Made by a program: the position numbers and the translations under genes | The notes under the pieces: generated by a model | The model's input: only the letters and a program-made list of their open reading frames with translations | Told to the model about the DNA's origin: nothing | Database searches by the model: none | In this document: piece by piece, positions 13,650 to 26,779 of the stretch | How the letters are laid out: each line of letters opens with the position of its first letter | How positions within the stretch are numbered: the first letter of the stretch is position 1 | Source of the DNA: the human T2T-CHM13v2.0 reference genome, Homo sapiens | NCBI RefSeq assembly: GCF_009914755.1 | Contig: NC_060942.1 | Direction: 5' to 3' (one strand) | Length of the DNA: 64,000 nt

Positions 13650-13870
13650 GTGCAGAGTGGTAGGTCTGCAAGCACAGCAGACATGGACTCCACTGCTGTT
13701 TCCGCAGGTTCCTGGCTGTGTCTCTTTGGGTACGCTACCCTTCTCTGTCAGTTTTCATCTATAAAATTGAGTTAATAGTGCCTATGTTGAAGAGCACTGT
13801 GAGACTCGAATAAGATAAATTAGATGAAAACATCAGAGTTCCTGACACACAGGTAGCCCTTTTAAGTATT
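13650..13870 (+). mobile_element. MIR SINE
   Basis: MIR core tctctgtcagttttcatctataaaattgagttaatagtgcctat. Confidence 0.65.
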
Positions 13871-14549
13871 AACTTCTTGTAAATTTCTCTCTCAAGACTT
13901 AAAGCTGTATCACCTACACGTAGGCCAAGAGAGTCACTGTACAAAATGTCTATCTGATCCATGCCCTTCCAGTCACAGACTTCCTCTTAGCCTTACTCTT
14001 AACTAATCCATCTCACTTTTTCTACATCTGATGTTGAAGTTTCCCCTCAGCCACTGTGTTGTCCACCTCTGGCTTTTGTCTAGTTCCTTGAATTTTAATA
14101 ACAGATGCACATATCAACTCAGAAACAGGCACACAGTACCTTTATGGTGCTGGTGGGCCACTGTGCCATTTTCTCCACAGTCTCCTGCCTGCTGATCCCC
14201 AGGCTGCCAATTTTGCCGTCTGAAGCCTCACTTTGAATTAGTCATCAAGGAATAGTTGGCAATGATCTCAGTCTCTTTCCTCTGTCAGATTTGACAAAGT
14301 ATGTTCTAATTGTACTATGGGTTATTTCCAAAAATACACTCCCTTAGCTTTTCCTCACTGAAATTCACATGTCACTTGTCTCTCCCATCTTAAGATCTTA
14401 CAGATTTTCCAAGTCAACTAAGGTTTACTATCAGAGGCAAGTTTTGTTTTAATGCCACCTAATTACCCCATTATATCACATCCTTCCAAAAGTTTCAGGT
14501 GTGTGTCACCTAGTCCTGGTGACACCTGGGTATCTGATTAGATCCTTGA

Positions 14550-14931
<382 letters not shown>

Positions 14932-15733
14932 TAGAACTCATCATTTTTAGACCCATGTTCCTCCTCCACTGTGACAGCCCAAACAGCAGGTTCCATTTTG
15001 TTCATATTTCTATGCCTGCACCTATTTCAGTGCTTACCACATGGCACAGAATTTGTTAAGCAAATTCATAAGGTTGAAAACTTTCTGTACCATTTCTACA
15101 ATTTTAAAGAAGCCTAAGATCTTTTGATTAAGTGAAACTTGCATGTTTATCTGGTTCCAATTTACTTCTCTGAGTAAGGACTCTAATATTGTATTCCTTA
15201 AAAATGAATGTCGAGCTTCTGCTAAGACACAGGGTCAGGGCGAGTCATCTACTCCTGCACAGCCTAACCTACAGGTGACGTTTTATTTTGAGGCACCATC
15301 AGCCTGTTCCTTCCACCACACATCAACAGTTCTACTATGCAAAATACCCATGCCAGACCTCCAAATATTTCACAGCGGTTCATCTAATTTTGCGAAGTCT
15401 GTCTTAAACCCTCCCTTTAGACTCGGTAACCCTGTCCTGGGAACATTCCGGTCCACCAATGCCACTCTTATAGAATGGAAGAGCAGGACATAAGGAGATT
15501 GATGTACGAAGTCAAGTGGGTCTCATGCTTGTGACCTGAATACTGGTCTTCCATGGACAAATCTGGGCACATAAAAAGGCAAGATGGAGTCCCCTTGTCC
15601 TCTTGCCCTTTATAACTTGAAACTGTTGGCAATGAAGAATTTACTCTTGGCAGATGAAATAACCCACCCAAGGGCTTGGAATGGGAATCTCCACATCTCC
15701 CTCAGTTGAAAAATGAAAACAGGAGACAGCATT

Positions 15734-16088
15734 TGCTACGGTTTGAATGTCTGTGTTCCCACCGAATTTCATACGTTGAAACCTGACACCCAATGTGTTG
15801 GCATCAACAGGTGGGGTCTTCGGGAGGTGATCAGGGTCATGAGGGCAGAGCTCTCAGGAGCAGGAGCAGGGCCCTCATCAAAGAGGCCCGAGAGGGCTTG
15901 TTCACCTCTTACTCCACGAGGACACAGCAAGAAGGCTCCATCTATAAAGTGCAAAGCTCTCCCCAGACACGGAACCTGCTGCCACACTGATCATGAATGT
16001 CCCAGCCTCCAGAACTTGAGCAAAAAATACGTTTAAAAATTGCCCAATCTTAGGTATTTTGTGATAGCAGCCTGAAAGGACTAAGACA
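15734..16088 (+). mobile_element. Complete MLT1A/MST-type MaLR solo LTR with 5-bp TSD GCATT
   Basis: TG...CA termini (tgctacggtttgaatgt ... ggactaagaca); GCATT at 15729-15733 and 16089-16093. Confidence 0.85.
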
Positions 16089-17015
16089 GCATTCTCATTG
16101 TGATTGTTTCACTACATTTTCCCTACCCATAAAGAAATCAGACAGAGGGATGTGGGACTGTCACCTGCTCCAGATTCCTAAGGAAGTTCCCCTTCCTTAA
16201 AGCCATCCTAAGCCCCTGTGCCTCAGCAGACAGTGAGGAAATCGGACATCCCAAGAACGTGTCACGCTGGTAAAGACCAGGGCATCTCGCATTTTCTTTC
16301 TGTAATTTACAGTAACATCTTTTAAAAACATAAGATTGAGAACATTAATAACACACATTAGAAATGCACCACTGTTTTCAAACAGCTAAGGAAGGGAAAA
16401 TAAAAGTGCTGCGATGAATGCAGCCATTCGTGGTAAGGTTTTACATTGTTGGGGGTGGGGGGCGTCATGATACCCAGCTTCCGCACCTAGCACGACATGG
16501 GCAAACTGCAGACACGGAGACCCCGCGCCACTGCCTTTCACCCATTTCCCACCCAGCAAGATGCCCAGAGCAGCCAGGGTAGATGTCGCGCCCTCACTGC
16601 TGGGTGATCAGGAGGTGGATAAAGGAGGATGTAATACTGCTTTCTGGGGGAAGGAGCTTGGTTACTTGTGGAACCAAAGGGTCTGGGATGTGGCTACAGG
16701 AACACCAATAAGCTCCTGTGTTACCAGGGGAACTGACCATTGTCAGGTGACACAGAGAGATGTAGGCCAGGGTTTTGTTTTGTCCTAACACAAGTGTTCT
16801 TAGCCCTTCACTTCAATGTCAGCTACCTATTAAGGACTTTGGTGTTGCCACTTCGTTTCGGATGCACGCCCGTCTCAGAAGAACCAGCCATCCAAGAGGA
16901 GGGAGGTTCTAAACAGCGAGGCATAAACCTCAGCAGAGTTAGACAAGGTCTGCACTTCATCTAAGGGCCTTTCAGAGTATCAAAGGCCTTCGGGCTTCCA
17001 CAACAGCATTTTCAC

Positions 17016-17337
17016 CGCAGAGTGGCGCACCCAGCGCAGAGTGGCGTCCCCAGCGCAGAGTGGCGTCCCCAGCGCAGAGTGGCGCACCCAGCGCAGAGTG
17101 GCGCACCCAGCGGAGAGTGGCGCACCCAGCGGAGAGTGGCGCACCCAGCGGAGAGTGGCGTACCCAGCGGAGAGTGGCGTACCCAGCGGAGAGTGGCGTA
17201 CCCAGCGGAGAGTGGCGTACCCAGCGCAGAGTGGCGTACCCAGCGGAGAGTGGCGTACCCAGCGGAGAGTGGCGTACCCAGCGCAGAGTGGCGCACCCAG
17301 CGGAGAGTGGCGTACCCAGCGCAGAGTGGCGTACCCA
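17016..17337. repeat. 19-bp CpG-rich VNTR (CCCAGCG(C/G)AGAGTGGCG(T/C)A), ~17 copies
   Basis: Direct reading; explains the periodic ORFs at 17012-17459. Confidence 0.95.
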
Positions 17338-17515
17338 AGGCTAGACGCTCCGGTTGGGGGAAGGACGCCCAGTGCTGTTCAGAGTTCCATTTCCTGCCCA
17401 GCACATCTGGAAAGCCACATTCGGGAACTTATCTAGTCTGTTCTTTCCTCAGCCAGTAGAGACACAGTTCTATCTTTTAATTTTAAAACACATTTTATCT
17501 TTTTAAATTAGAATC

Positions 17516-17521
17516 TTTATT
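17516..17521 (-). terminator. Distal polyadenylation signal AATAAA
   Basis: TTTATT on the + strand at the end of the AT-rich UTR; the sequence composition changes just downstream. Confidence 0.75.
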
Positions 17522-19500
17522 GCATCTGATGGTCCTGTCTCATTTTTGCTGTCTCATCAGTAAACCATTGCAAACCACAGTGCCAGCCCTTGTGTCCCCA
17601 CATTTTTGACACAATAATTTCCTCCAGGTGTGGCTGAGTCAGAATTCCGTCCGCGTCCATCCCTGTGCGTCCTGTATGGGTGACAGTGCAAGGGTAAGAA
17701 CAGTGGGTGTATTCAGTGGGGAAATAACATGTGTGCTGTGAAAAAAAATGAGAAAAACACAGCGTCTCCATTAAAAAACTGTATGTCCTCGAGTCCACAA
17801 AAGAGTTGGAAAAAAACCACTCGGGCCATCTGGGCATCTGTTCAGATGAACGATCTTGTGAATTACCCTAAAACTCTTCCATAAATAAAGAGCATTAACA
17901 CTTTGGTTTATGTTCAGCCAACAAAAATAAATAACCACAGACCAAAGCGGGCTGTCAAACGATTTACGCCACCCTCTGAAATTGGGGAAAAATGTCTTAC
18001 AAATCTCAGAACTCCAAGATGTTTTTATTTATTTCAAATTCCAATAGAATGAATATGTTTTATCTAAATATTTTTATCACACAACTAAAACATTGAATTA
18101 CTTTTTCAGAAATAGTTAAATACATCAATCTAGTTACAAATTCTAATATAAAGAGTACAAAATATAATGTTATAAATTGTATTTTAAAAAAAGAAATACA
18201 AATTCTATGGTCTTTTGCATTTTACTGCCTCAAAGCAGAATTAGCAAAGCTGATGAAGAATGAACATTTTCCCTTGGGCGGGTGGCCCTTGGTCACTCCC
18301 ACAGGCACGTTACCGGGCTCCGGCGTGTGCTCCCACCAACCACGGCAAACAAAGGCGTCCTCCTCACTTGAAGTCCTGGCCTGTGGTTGTTTCATCTGTT
18401 TTTTTGCTCAGTGAACAAAACGTTCTGAAATTAGAACTCACCAAAGTTAAAAGCAGTAAAACAACATATGCTACTTAAGACATTTTGAAGCGGAAAGTAA
18501 AGCTATGTGAATGCCGTCCTTCCTTCCTTCCTTTTTCTACAGCTTGGAAACCTCTGAGAATTTGCTGGGGGTGGCAGAGGAGGGTTTGTCTAGTTTGAAG
18601 GAAGGAATGTTGGTAGACAGTCTCCAGCCACGAAAGCCCAGGAGGTGCCCTCTTCCACACAACAGACTAAGCACTGCACCCACTTTCTTTGATCCAGAAA
18701 GCATCCCTACTGACCCTGTAACCTACACCCTCTCTGTCCAAAGAACAGAGGCCGACCAGAGTTGCCAGCCTGGAGAGGCACCATGGAGATGAAGCTTGCC
18801 CTTTCTGCACTCAACCCCTGCAGCCTGAAGGAGTGTGAGACGATGAAACCCACATGTGCCGGAGCCCCTGCAGAGGTGTTCTCACACCCTCAGCGACCTG
18901 TGCACAGTGGCCGGATCAGGGGTGGGGGCCTGTCATACCGGGCGCTCCTTTCTCTGACGAAGTAACTGTATGCAACTCCCAATTGCTACTTCCTGAAGCA
19001 CCTGCTTTTCAGGGAACCAGTGTCTTTCTTGGTTTAAAAAATAAATAAGTAAATATTGGGGGACCTCTTAAAACACTTAATACTTTTCAGAGCCTCAAAG
19101 GCAAAATTCACCTGGCTTTGAAGCCAAATCTGTATGGTGCTGAGAATGAAATCTGTCCGTCTAAGATGACAATAAGACCTTCCAGGGAACCAGGCAGAAA
19201 GGTGGGCAGGTACAGTGGCCAATTTCCCAGAGAAGATCCTCAATATCTGACTTTTGAGAGAATTTAAATATTCATTCTTCAAATTAAGGAATACAAGTGA
19301 ACAACCTGAAAAGATTTTTAGAAGCTCATTAGCTGTGTGTTATTTGAACGCAAAAATGAGGAAGAGATATGAGCGGGAAACAGGAGAGTATAGGAAGGCA
19401 GGCCAGGGTGCAGCCAGGCCCCAGCAGGGGCAGAGCGGGAAGCAGCGAGCGGAAAGCAGGGGAGAGACACCGAGAAGCTGCAGTGTAGACAACCAAACCC

Positions 19501-19506
19501 TTTATT
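19501..19506 (-). terminator. Proximal polyadenylation signal AATAAA
   Basis: TTTATT on +, followed on the minus strand by GU/pyrimidine-rich GGGTTTGGTTGTCTACAC...CTTCTCGGTGTCTCTCCCC. Confidence 0.65.
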
Positions 19507-20448
19507 GTCTAAGTTACATTAGACGCAACACTGTAAAAAATCCTGTTAAGAAACAAGGAAACAGCAGATCGGGAGAGGTAGTAGAAAGTCTGTAACAGTC
19601 AGAAGACAACGTACAGAAGTGTATCATGCAGAAATTACCATTTGGAAAAAAAAAGGCAATCAAAACGGTGGCTAAATAAATAAGGAAACACAAATCATAT
19701 TAAATACTATGACCAAATCAACAAATTAACAAACCAACACAATACTGACGATGGGTGGAAGGAAGGGACCACACATCCAGGCCTGCCCACAGCTGGCCTC
19801 AAGGGATGGCGTTCTTGGGGGGGCTCCCCAGTCTGTTTAACTGGGTGAAAACCTTCCTCCTGCACTCTGTGCACCCTGCGCGGCCCCGCAAGCTGACTGT
19901 CCTCCACGCCTGCTCTCCTGCAAGCCAGGAAGGATCCAGCACGCGGCCGGCAGGGCCCCAGCGCCAGCCCACTCCCCACCAGAGCCTCCAGGATGGAGCC
20001 TCACCAGCAAGACACTTCCAGCTCCAAAGGCCAACTGCACTTTTCCATGCCGCTTCTGAAACAGTAAAAATGTAGACTACACTTTCGTGTCACTTTGGGT
20101 ACAGATTTTCTTTTTAATAACTAAAACACAGAGAAACAGGACTGGGTCACTAGTCCCTGACATTCCTAACAGTCACCATTCACTTTCAGCCAAGAAAACA
20201 AAAGCCAGAAAATGCAGAAATGATCACTGTGGGGAAACTACTGAAATGATTAAACATAAATCAACAGAAGAGTCTTCTGATTTCTTAGGTGGACAGAGGA
20301 ATGTGTCTCCGCAACTTTGCCCAAAATAACTTTACAGAACAGTCAATTACAGTTGTTTAACTGTATCTGCATGGACATTCCTAATTACACCAACAGGACA
20401 GATCATTTTCGTACATATCTGGTGTAAGAATATCAGAAAAAAATAAGT

Positions 20449-20453
20449 AAAAA

Positions 20454-20493
<40 letters not shown>

Positions 20494-20716
20494 TATAAGC
20501 TAGCCAGTTACATTGCATCGTTTGAAAGTGTTGCAAAGTAACCTGAACCGTCAAGTAATTTAAACTCAGTAACAAGTAGAATCCAGAACCAAACATTACT
20601 AATAACAATAACAATAATAATAATAATAATAATATAATAATATTCAACAAATCATTAGAACAGGAAACCCACACTTTAGGGTGTGTGTGTGTGTTTGTGT
20701 GTGTGTGTGTCTGTGT
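20449..20716. repeat. Microsatellite cluster inside the 3'UTR: A-run plus (AT)n, (AAT)n, (GT)n
   Basis: 20449-20497, 20600-20642 and 20682-20716. Confidence 0.9.
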
Positions 20717-22309
20717 TTAAACAAGACTTTGTATCAGAAGCCCACTGTCTACAAAAACTGCACTAGTCCATTACCGTATTAAGTAAACTGTTGCTCTCGC
20801 CAGTATTAAAGGTTAGGATAATTTCTGTACATGTAAAATTATTGCTTTTTTGAAAAATATATTTAGCATGCTCGTTTTAATCCATTTCCTGCCTTTACAA
20901 AATTTCACAATTAAAAAAAAACCTAGTAAAGCTTTTGCAAAAAATTTCACAGAACATTTTCATTCAAGGCAGCAGTAACTTTTGATAATGCATAAAATCA
21001 TATGTGCAAAAATCTGAAACTCTCAGAAATATTACCATCACACATAGTGTCACGGCAATGGGAAAAGAAAATATTTATATCTGTGGAATACCATTTCAAT
21101 TGCGTACACTGCATGGTTTAAGATCCTTTGTTATGGGCCTTAACCCCCACCACAAAAACTCGCATTTGCATTACTGAGGAAGAGGTATATGAAGCCGTCC
21201 CCCACCCAAGGGGCTGGTGATCCCCACCCTTTATGAACAAAGTCACTCATCCTGTGGAGGTCACCAGGCCCAGGGAGAAAAGACACCCACTTGCTGGGGT
21301 GGCTCAGGGAAGGGGCGGGGAGGCAAAGAGTGGGGACAGAAGGCGCCAGAGCTCAGCACCCTAGTCATCTAGGGCACCTGAACCTGCTCAGGGATTCTTC
21401 TGCCATTACTAAAACAGGTCCGAATCGGGAGGACTCAGTGGCTAAATAATTTGTTAAGACGTATAGTCTTCCTTTGTAAGCAGTTTGCAGAATGTAGCCC
21501 TGTTACAAAAAGGTCCTGAGAATAAACAAGAAGCCTGCTTTTCTTAGTGTTGCGCTAGCTCTCTTCCGAGGCGGAATCTACGCATTCCCACAGACGTGTC
21601 TCCTTTGCCAGATTCGCTCAGTTCGAATGGTGGGAAGAATGGAACAGGCACACGGCCCCAGGGAGGAGTGCGATGGAGCCAGTGAACAATGAGGGTCTCA
21701 TCATCATACCCCTCCGCCAAGCCTGCTTCCCACAGCACCTGAACGTCACCTCCTTCCTCTCTCTTATTTACTATTTTAAATACCCACTAAGACAAGGAGA
21801 GGCAGTAGTATTAATACTCGATCAACCTCAAATCCACCACGTCTTGTTCTGACATCATCCCCACAGTCCCTCTTAACATGGGAGGCCCCTGTGACAGTGC
21901 TCAGCCTCGCCACTCTGTCCAACACACACAACAAGTATCTTTTTTTCCAGTGTCTCAAACTTGTCTTGAATAAGACAGATGCCTTGTGCCCCTACTGTGC
22001 CTGCCAGTACTACTGTTTATTATAAGAAAATATGGGACTATGGACGATGAGCACGTAAATGCGTATATAGTATCTACATGTATTTCTAGAATATAGCATC
22101 TTCATTTATTTCTGAACGTTTAACAAGGAGAGGCATCTGCCTTCAGTTTCCACTCCAGCGCAGCGGCTCGGGATGTGAGGTGTCTGCTCAGGAGTTCCCC
22201 GGCTGTTCTTCCATGGAGCGGCCAGGTCACAGGTGGGAGGCTGCTGGGACATCGTGAGGGTACTGCTAATGGCCGTTACGGGGACCTGGGGTGCGTCGGA
22301 AACACGCCT

Positions 22310-22369
22310 TTAGGTTCCCTTTCTCAGAGGCACTGTCTGGACGGTACCTGTGTTAGAATGGTCTCTCCC
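22310..22369 (-). CDS. ZNF516: ZNF516 last exon, coding part GRDHSNTGTVQTVPLRKGT-stop
   Basis: Pyrimidine tract plus CCCAG|GGG acceptor at 22370/22369; TAA at 22312-22310. Confidence 0.93.
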   Translation of the reverse strand, partial: GRDHSNTGTVQTVPLRKGT

Positions 22370-25300
22370 CTGGGTGAGAAAAAGGAAAGAACAGGAGAAA
22401 AGCTCATTTCTGCCTTTTGGTTTCTAAATGCATTTTTCCTATTAATTTTCTAATCAACATCCAAGAACACAAACAATGACCTTCACAAAGCAAGCCAACC
22501 AAGTAGGCGAAGACCCCCTGACCTGAGCTGTAACTCATTTCATAAAATGAGCAGCAAGTATTTTAAATGTGCCTTCCTGCCTTAAAGAGAGGCAGCTTGA
22601 AAACGAATCATTTCCAGTGTGATTTAGAAAGGATCATTAGGCTTCTCTAATGGTTTCACATGTAAGAATGGCAGATGATAGTGTCTGAACCAGCTCTGGA
22701 GAGAAGGTTACAAGTTGGCAAGATGAGGAGGCGGCCAGATTGTAAAACTGTATAGTACAAAGCAGATTTACAAGTGAACGGTAGTTCCAAAACAAGGCTG
22801 AATTTGGGGGTCATACAAACAAAAAGAAGAGCACGGCTCTCCCGTAGGTCTGTCAGAACTTCAGAGCGTGTTCACCCATTTCCATAAACAATTACCAAGT
22901 TGGAAAAAGGGAAGGAGTATTCTAAAGTGAACTGCGAGAGAAAACCAAGCATAAATGGGGGTCCACAGCTTTCAGAGAATGCTCTCCAATGACATTTGAA
23001 GCATCCCTGTTTGAACAATAGCATTTACAATCTGAGGACAGAAACAGTATGGCCAGATTAATCTTACTTAACTGCATTAACCTTCAGCTAAAATCTTGAT
23101 GAAGTGAAACTGACCAGTGGAAATTAACATGCATACATAAACTAAGGGACTCGTGTAAAATTCTGTTTCCAGCTATGCCTATAGGAACCCCAGAAATAAT
23201 GGCGGAGTGGGGGAAGGTCTGGTTGACATAATGAATTAAGGGCTTTTCTTTAGTTAATAGTTCCAGAAAACTCCTACTTACAGCTGGCTCTGTGTTTGTG
23301 ACATCTACCAGTTGGCATGTAGTGGAAGTCAGAAAGATACTGGACAAAATTTTACGAGGGGTTAGGGGGTGGGCAAAGTGGTGGAGACAGCAGTTTATTT
23401 GAAATGTAGGAAACAGTAATGGAATGAGAGATGTGATAAAACTTCCCTAAGTAGATGGTGAATTTCCTGCAGTAAACGGACAAAGACTGTTTTACATTTT
23501 TGTACAGTGACGTCAGGCCGTGAAGACATCTCTGAGGTTCTGATGGGAAATATTCATCATCAACAGGGCTCACTAAGAACCAATTCCAAATACATTCTGG
23601 AAGGAAAATGGTCTTCGTGTTTACCAAAGAAAACTGGGAGTTATAGTTAGCTATTGGGTGTTTGGCCTTGACCGTCTCTGCATAGCAAACATAGACGTCA
23701 GGGACCGTAAGAGGCGGGCAGGGGATGCCTGTGAACACAGGTGCTGTGTGTGCCTAGATTGCACATGGACAGCACCCCCAGGGCACATCCACCTGGGTAG
23801 CTCTTCTTTTGGACCAGAAGTCACAGACTTGCATTGGGTTAGGCATCAATGGACTGTTCCAGAGGCAACAGGAAGATGGCCCTCCGTCCATGAAGGGCTA
23901 ACGTTTTATATTACAGGGCTCAGAAGGCTTTAAAAATATTTATTTTGGAAGCACTGCAAAGTCGGGATAAGCCAAACAACTAGGTGGTTAAATTGTGTTC
24001 ACAAATCCAGATGCAGAGACGCCCATTTTCTCTTCATAACTGAAGGGATGTGTTCCAATACCTCATTTTTTTAAGATAGTTGCTTTAAGTTATTGATTCA
24101 CCGGAGGCCACCATGTTATTATTCAATAAAGCAGCCCTAGAGCATTTTTAAGAAATGAATAAAACAGGGAAGAAAGGAGGCAGAGAAATATTCAAATTAA
24201 GTGGACACACTATAATCTTTTGAGCACGCCCACCATCGCCTTGTCTTCCTGGAAGGGAAAGAGTAGTCAAAACATGAGAAGCTTTCGGAAGATTTCGCTT
24301 TTCTTTTCTGCAGCTGTGAACTGTGGGCTTTTCAGTAATGCTGAAAGACATACTATCTTTCTTGAAGGTATTTCAGTGTTCTAGGGATGGATATTGACTA
24401 CTGGGACTTCACGAGGTCCACTTTCTCTCTTTCTTTTAGTAAGGCAAGGGAAATGTGTATGTAGTGGTGGGTGTGGATCGATGCCCCGCACACAAAAAAC
24501 CTGCCATGCCCCAGGACACACGGGGCACCTCTCGGCCTTCAGAGGGAGGTCAGCCTGTAAACAGGGCTTGTGGTCAGCCACGCAGGCAATGCTAAGTGCC
24601 TGAGGACCAATTATGCACAATGCTTTACTGACTAAAACCTTTACCCAACAAACCATAAGTAAACAAAGGCTATGTGACTGGGGGGATTTTGGGTAATTCG
24701 CCAGGTCTAATTCATGATTTTTGGTAGCATATTATATTTAGAGAAAATGGAAAATGTGTTTTAAGATGCTTGTTTGGTTTAATAAATAAGAAAAGCTTAA
24801 GCAAATGAGCTGAATTTCAAACTCTGATCTGTGATGCTGAGACTCTGAAAGTGATACTGAAAATAGATTATGCATATATTCAAATGTACCAACCTACGTG
24901 ATTTCTCCATCATTTGCATTATAATAGCCACAGCTAAAAATGAGACAAATTAGGTCGCCATTTGTTTTTTCATTTCCTGTTATTTTGATTAATGGAATTA
25001 TTTATCCAGCTTAACCATTTTAAAATAACATTTAGAATAATAAGAAATAAACTATTAATCATAGTCTTTAAATTCTGGCAAGGAATCCAAACAAATCAAA
25101 ACACCAGATTTCATATTTCAGCAGACATTCTGGTCTTTCAATAAATCCCAAAACCACGAGGTTGGGGTGAATAATTTTTCTTGGTTTCAAAAATCATTTT
25201 AATTTCTAATGTTTAACAACAATGCAACAAAAAAAATCAATTTCTCTGCAACACTAAAGAAACTTCCTAGTTTTTCCTCTAACATCCACAGGACAAAACA

Positions 25301-26779
25301 CCCAGATTTCAACATATTGTTTTCAGAAAGTGTTCTTTCTAATGATGAATGCTGATGATTACTAGAAATTAAACATTTATTCAGTTGTGCTAAATGGATG
25401 ACCAAGCATCTTTTAAACGACAACATGCATGAGCTCTTTCCCTCATTTAGAATTTGATTTGGAGGATCAGCGGTCCTTGATATTGGAACCATCTTAATCC
25501 AAAACACAGTAAAAGCACCAAGGACAAGCACCGGTGCCACCGCCGGGCTGGAAGAATCACCCACAAGAGCGGATGCCCTCACAGCTGGGCTCCTGAGGCC
25601 CAGGGCCCGGACCCTCTCACCATCTTCTAGCTTGTCTACGATCGAGGCAAAAGAGTGAGATGCCTAAAGGGGTGTGCTGTGAGCATCCACAGCCTACGGG
25701 AAGCCCTGTTATTTATCCTCCATCTCTGCCTTCCAAGGCTCCAGGCATCCTTTCCACCCTTACCACCTACCAAAGGAAGGTGTTCAGAAAGAAATGGCTG
25801 CTTGACTATCTGGTTTTCATAACCTCCTCTACAGTCTTCAAGTATGTGTATATAACATGGAAGAGGCTTAAACAGTGCGTGTGCTGAAAAAGACTGCCAC
25901 TAGTGTCACCACGAAAGGAAACTACTTTATTTCTCCTCAAGCTTCAGGTGTGTGCTGATCAATTAAACTGACTTTAATTATTTATTCCTGATTCTAACCT
26001 ATGGTGAATTTAATCAATTTCAGCAGATTTACCTGGCCCTCGTGCCTGTTGAATTGTTTTGCTGAGATAGACGGTATATCACAATTTCTCAGAATTTTCC
26101 AGTATAGAATATTCAAATATTAATATGACAAAGTAAGGGCAGTTGTTCTACAAAAACCAACCATGTCTGTCTACCAACCGGAGGGCTTTTGAACAGAATG
26201 CAGCAAATGAGGTAACTATGCCTATCTTGACAACACTTTTCTCAAACTCACGGTTTTCCTGCATCCTCTCTTTAATGAATAATTAACGACAAGTCTCTTA
26301 AACCAAACAAAACAAAGAGAAGCACGCTGGCAGGTTCCGACAAAGCCACAAGACACCAAGTAAAGAAAACATGCCATCAAACTGAGTTCATAAGCAACAT
26401 CTACCAACTGGCTTATCAATGACAGCCATCTGTCTACACGGGCGTAAGTATGTGTGTAGATGTGTTCACGTGTGTGCTCACCACAGAAAGGCTCTCCAAG
26501 TATGTGAGTTTCCTCCAGTTATTAAGGAAAATTGCTTATTTTTAGACTAAATGACAAGAGGTCACACTGAATGTGTGCTCTGTGGTGTATGTCCTAACTT
26601 GATTTCCACAGCAAGTATACAAAATAAGCACCATTATCATTATTTTACAGATAAGGGAACTTAGGTTACATTATATGTCTATGGTAGAGGATCAAAGTTA
26701 AAGCCTCTACTCAATAACCCAATAGATTATATTATCTGGGTCTCTCAGAGTAGAACTGGCTGACCTTGAATGAATTTAA

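Larger units (their letters stand above)
17494..22309 (-). other. ZNF516: ZNF516 3'UTR (~4.8 kb long form)
   Basis: Follows the stop codon. AU-rich blocks, no Alu insertions, ends after the AATAAA at 17521-17516. Cleavage position is approximate. Confidence 0.8.

Noticed and set aside
17016-17337. 19-bp unit as an array of CTCF sites
   Set aside because: Only the 3' half (GTGGCGC) matches; the core C-A-G positions are out of register. Kept only as a caveat in the finding.
17012-17459. Regular short repeats as a CRISPR array or a repeat protein
   Set aside because: The units are head-to-tail with no unique spacers, there are no cas genes, and the context is mammalian. This is a minisatellite.
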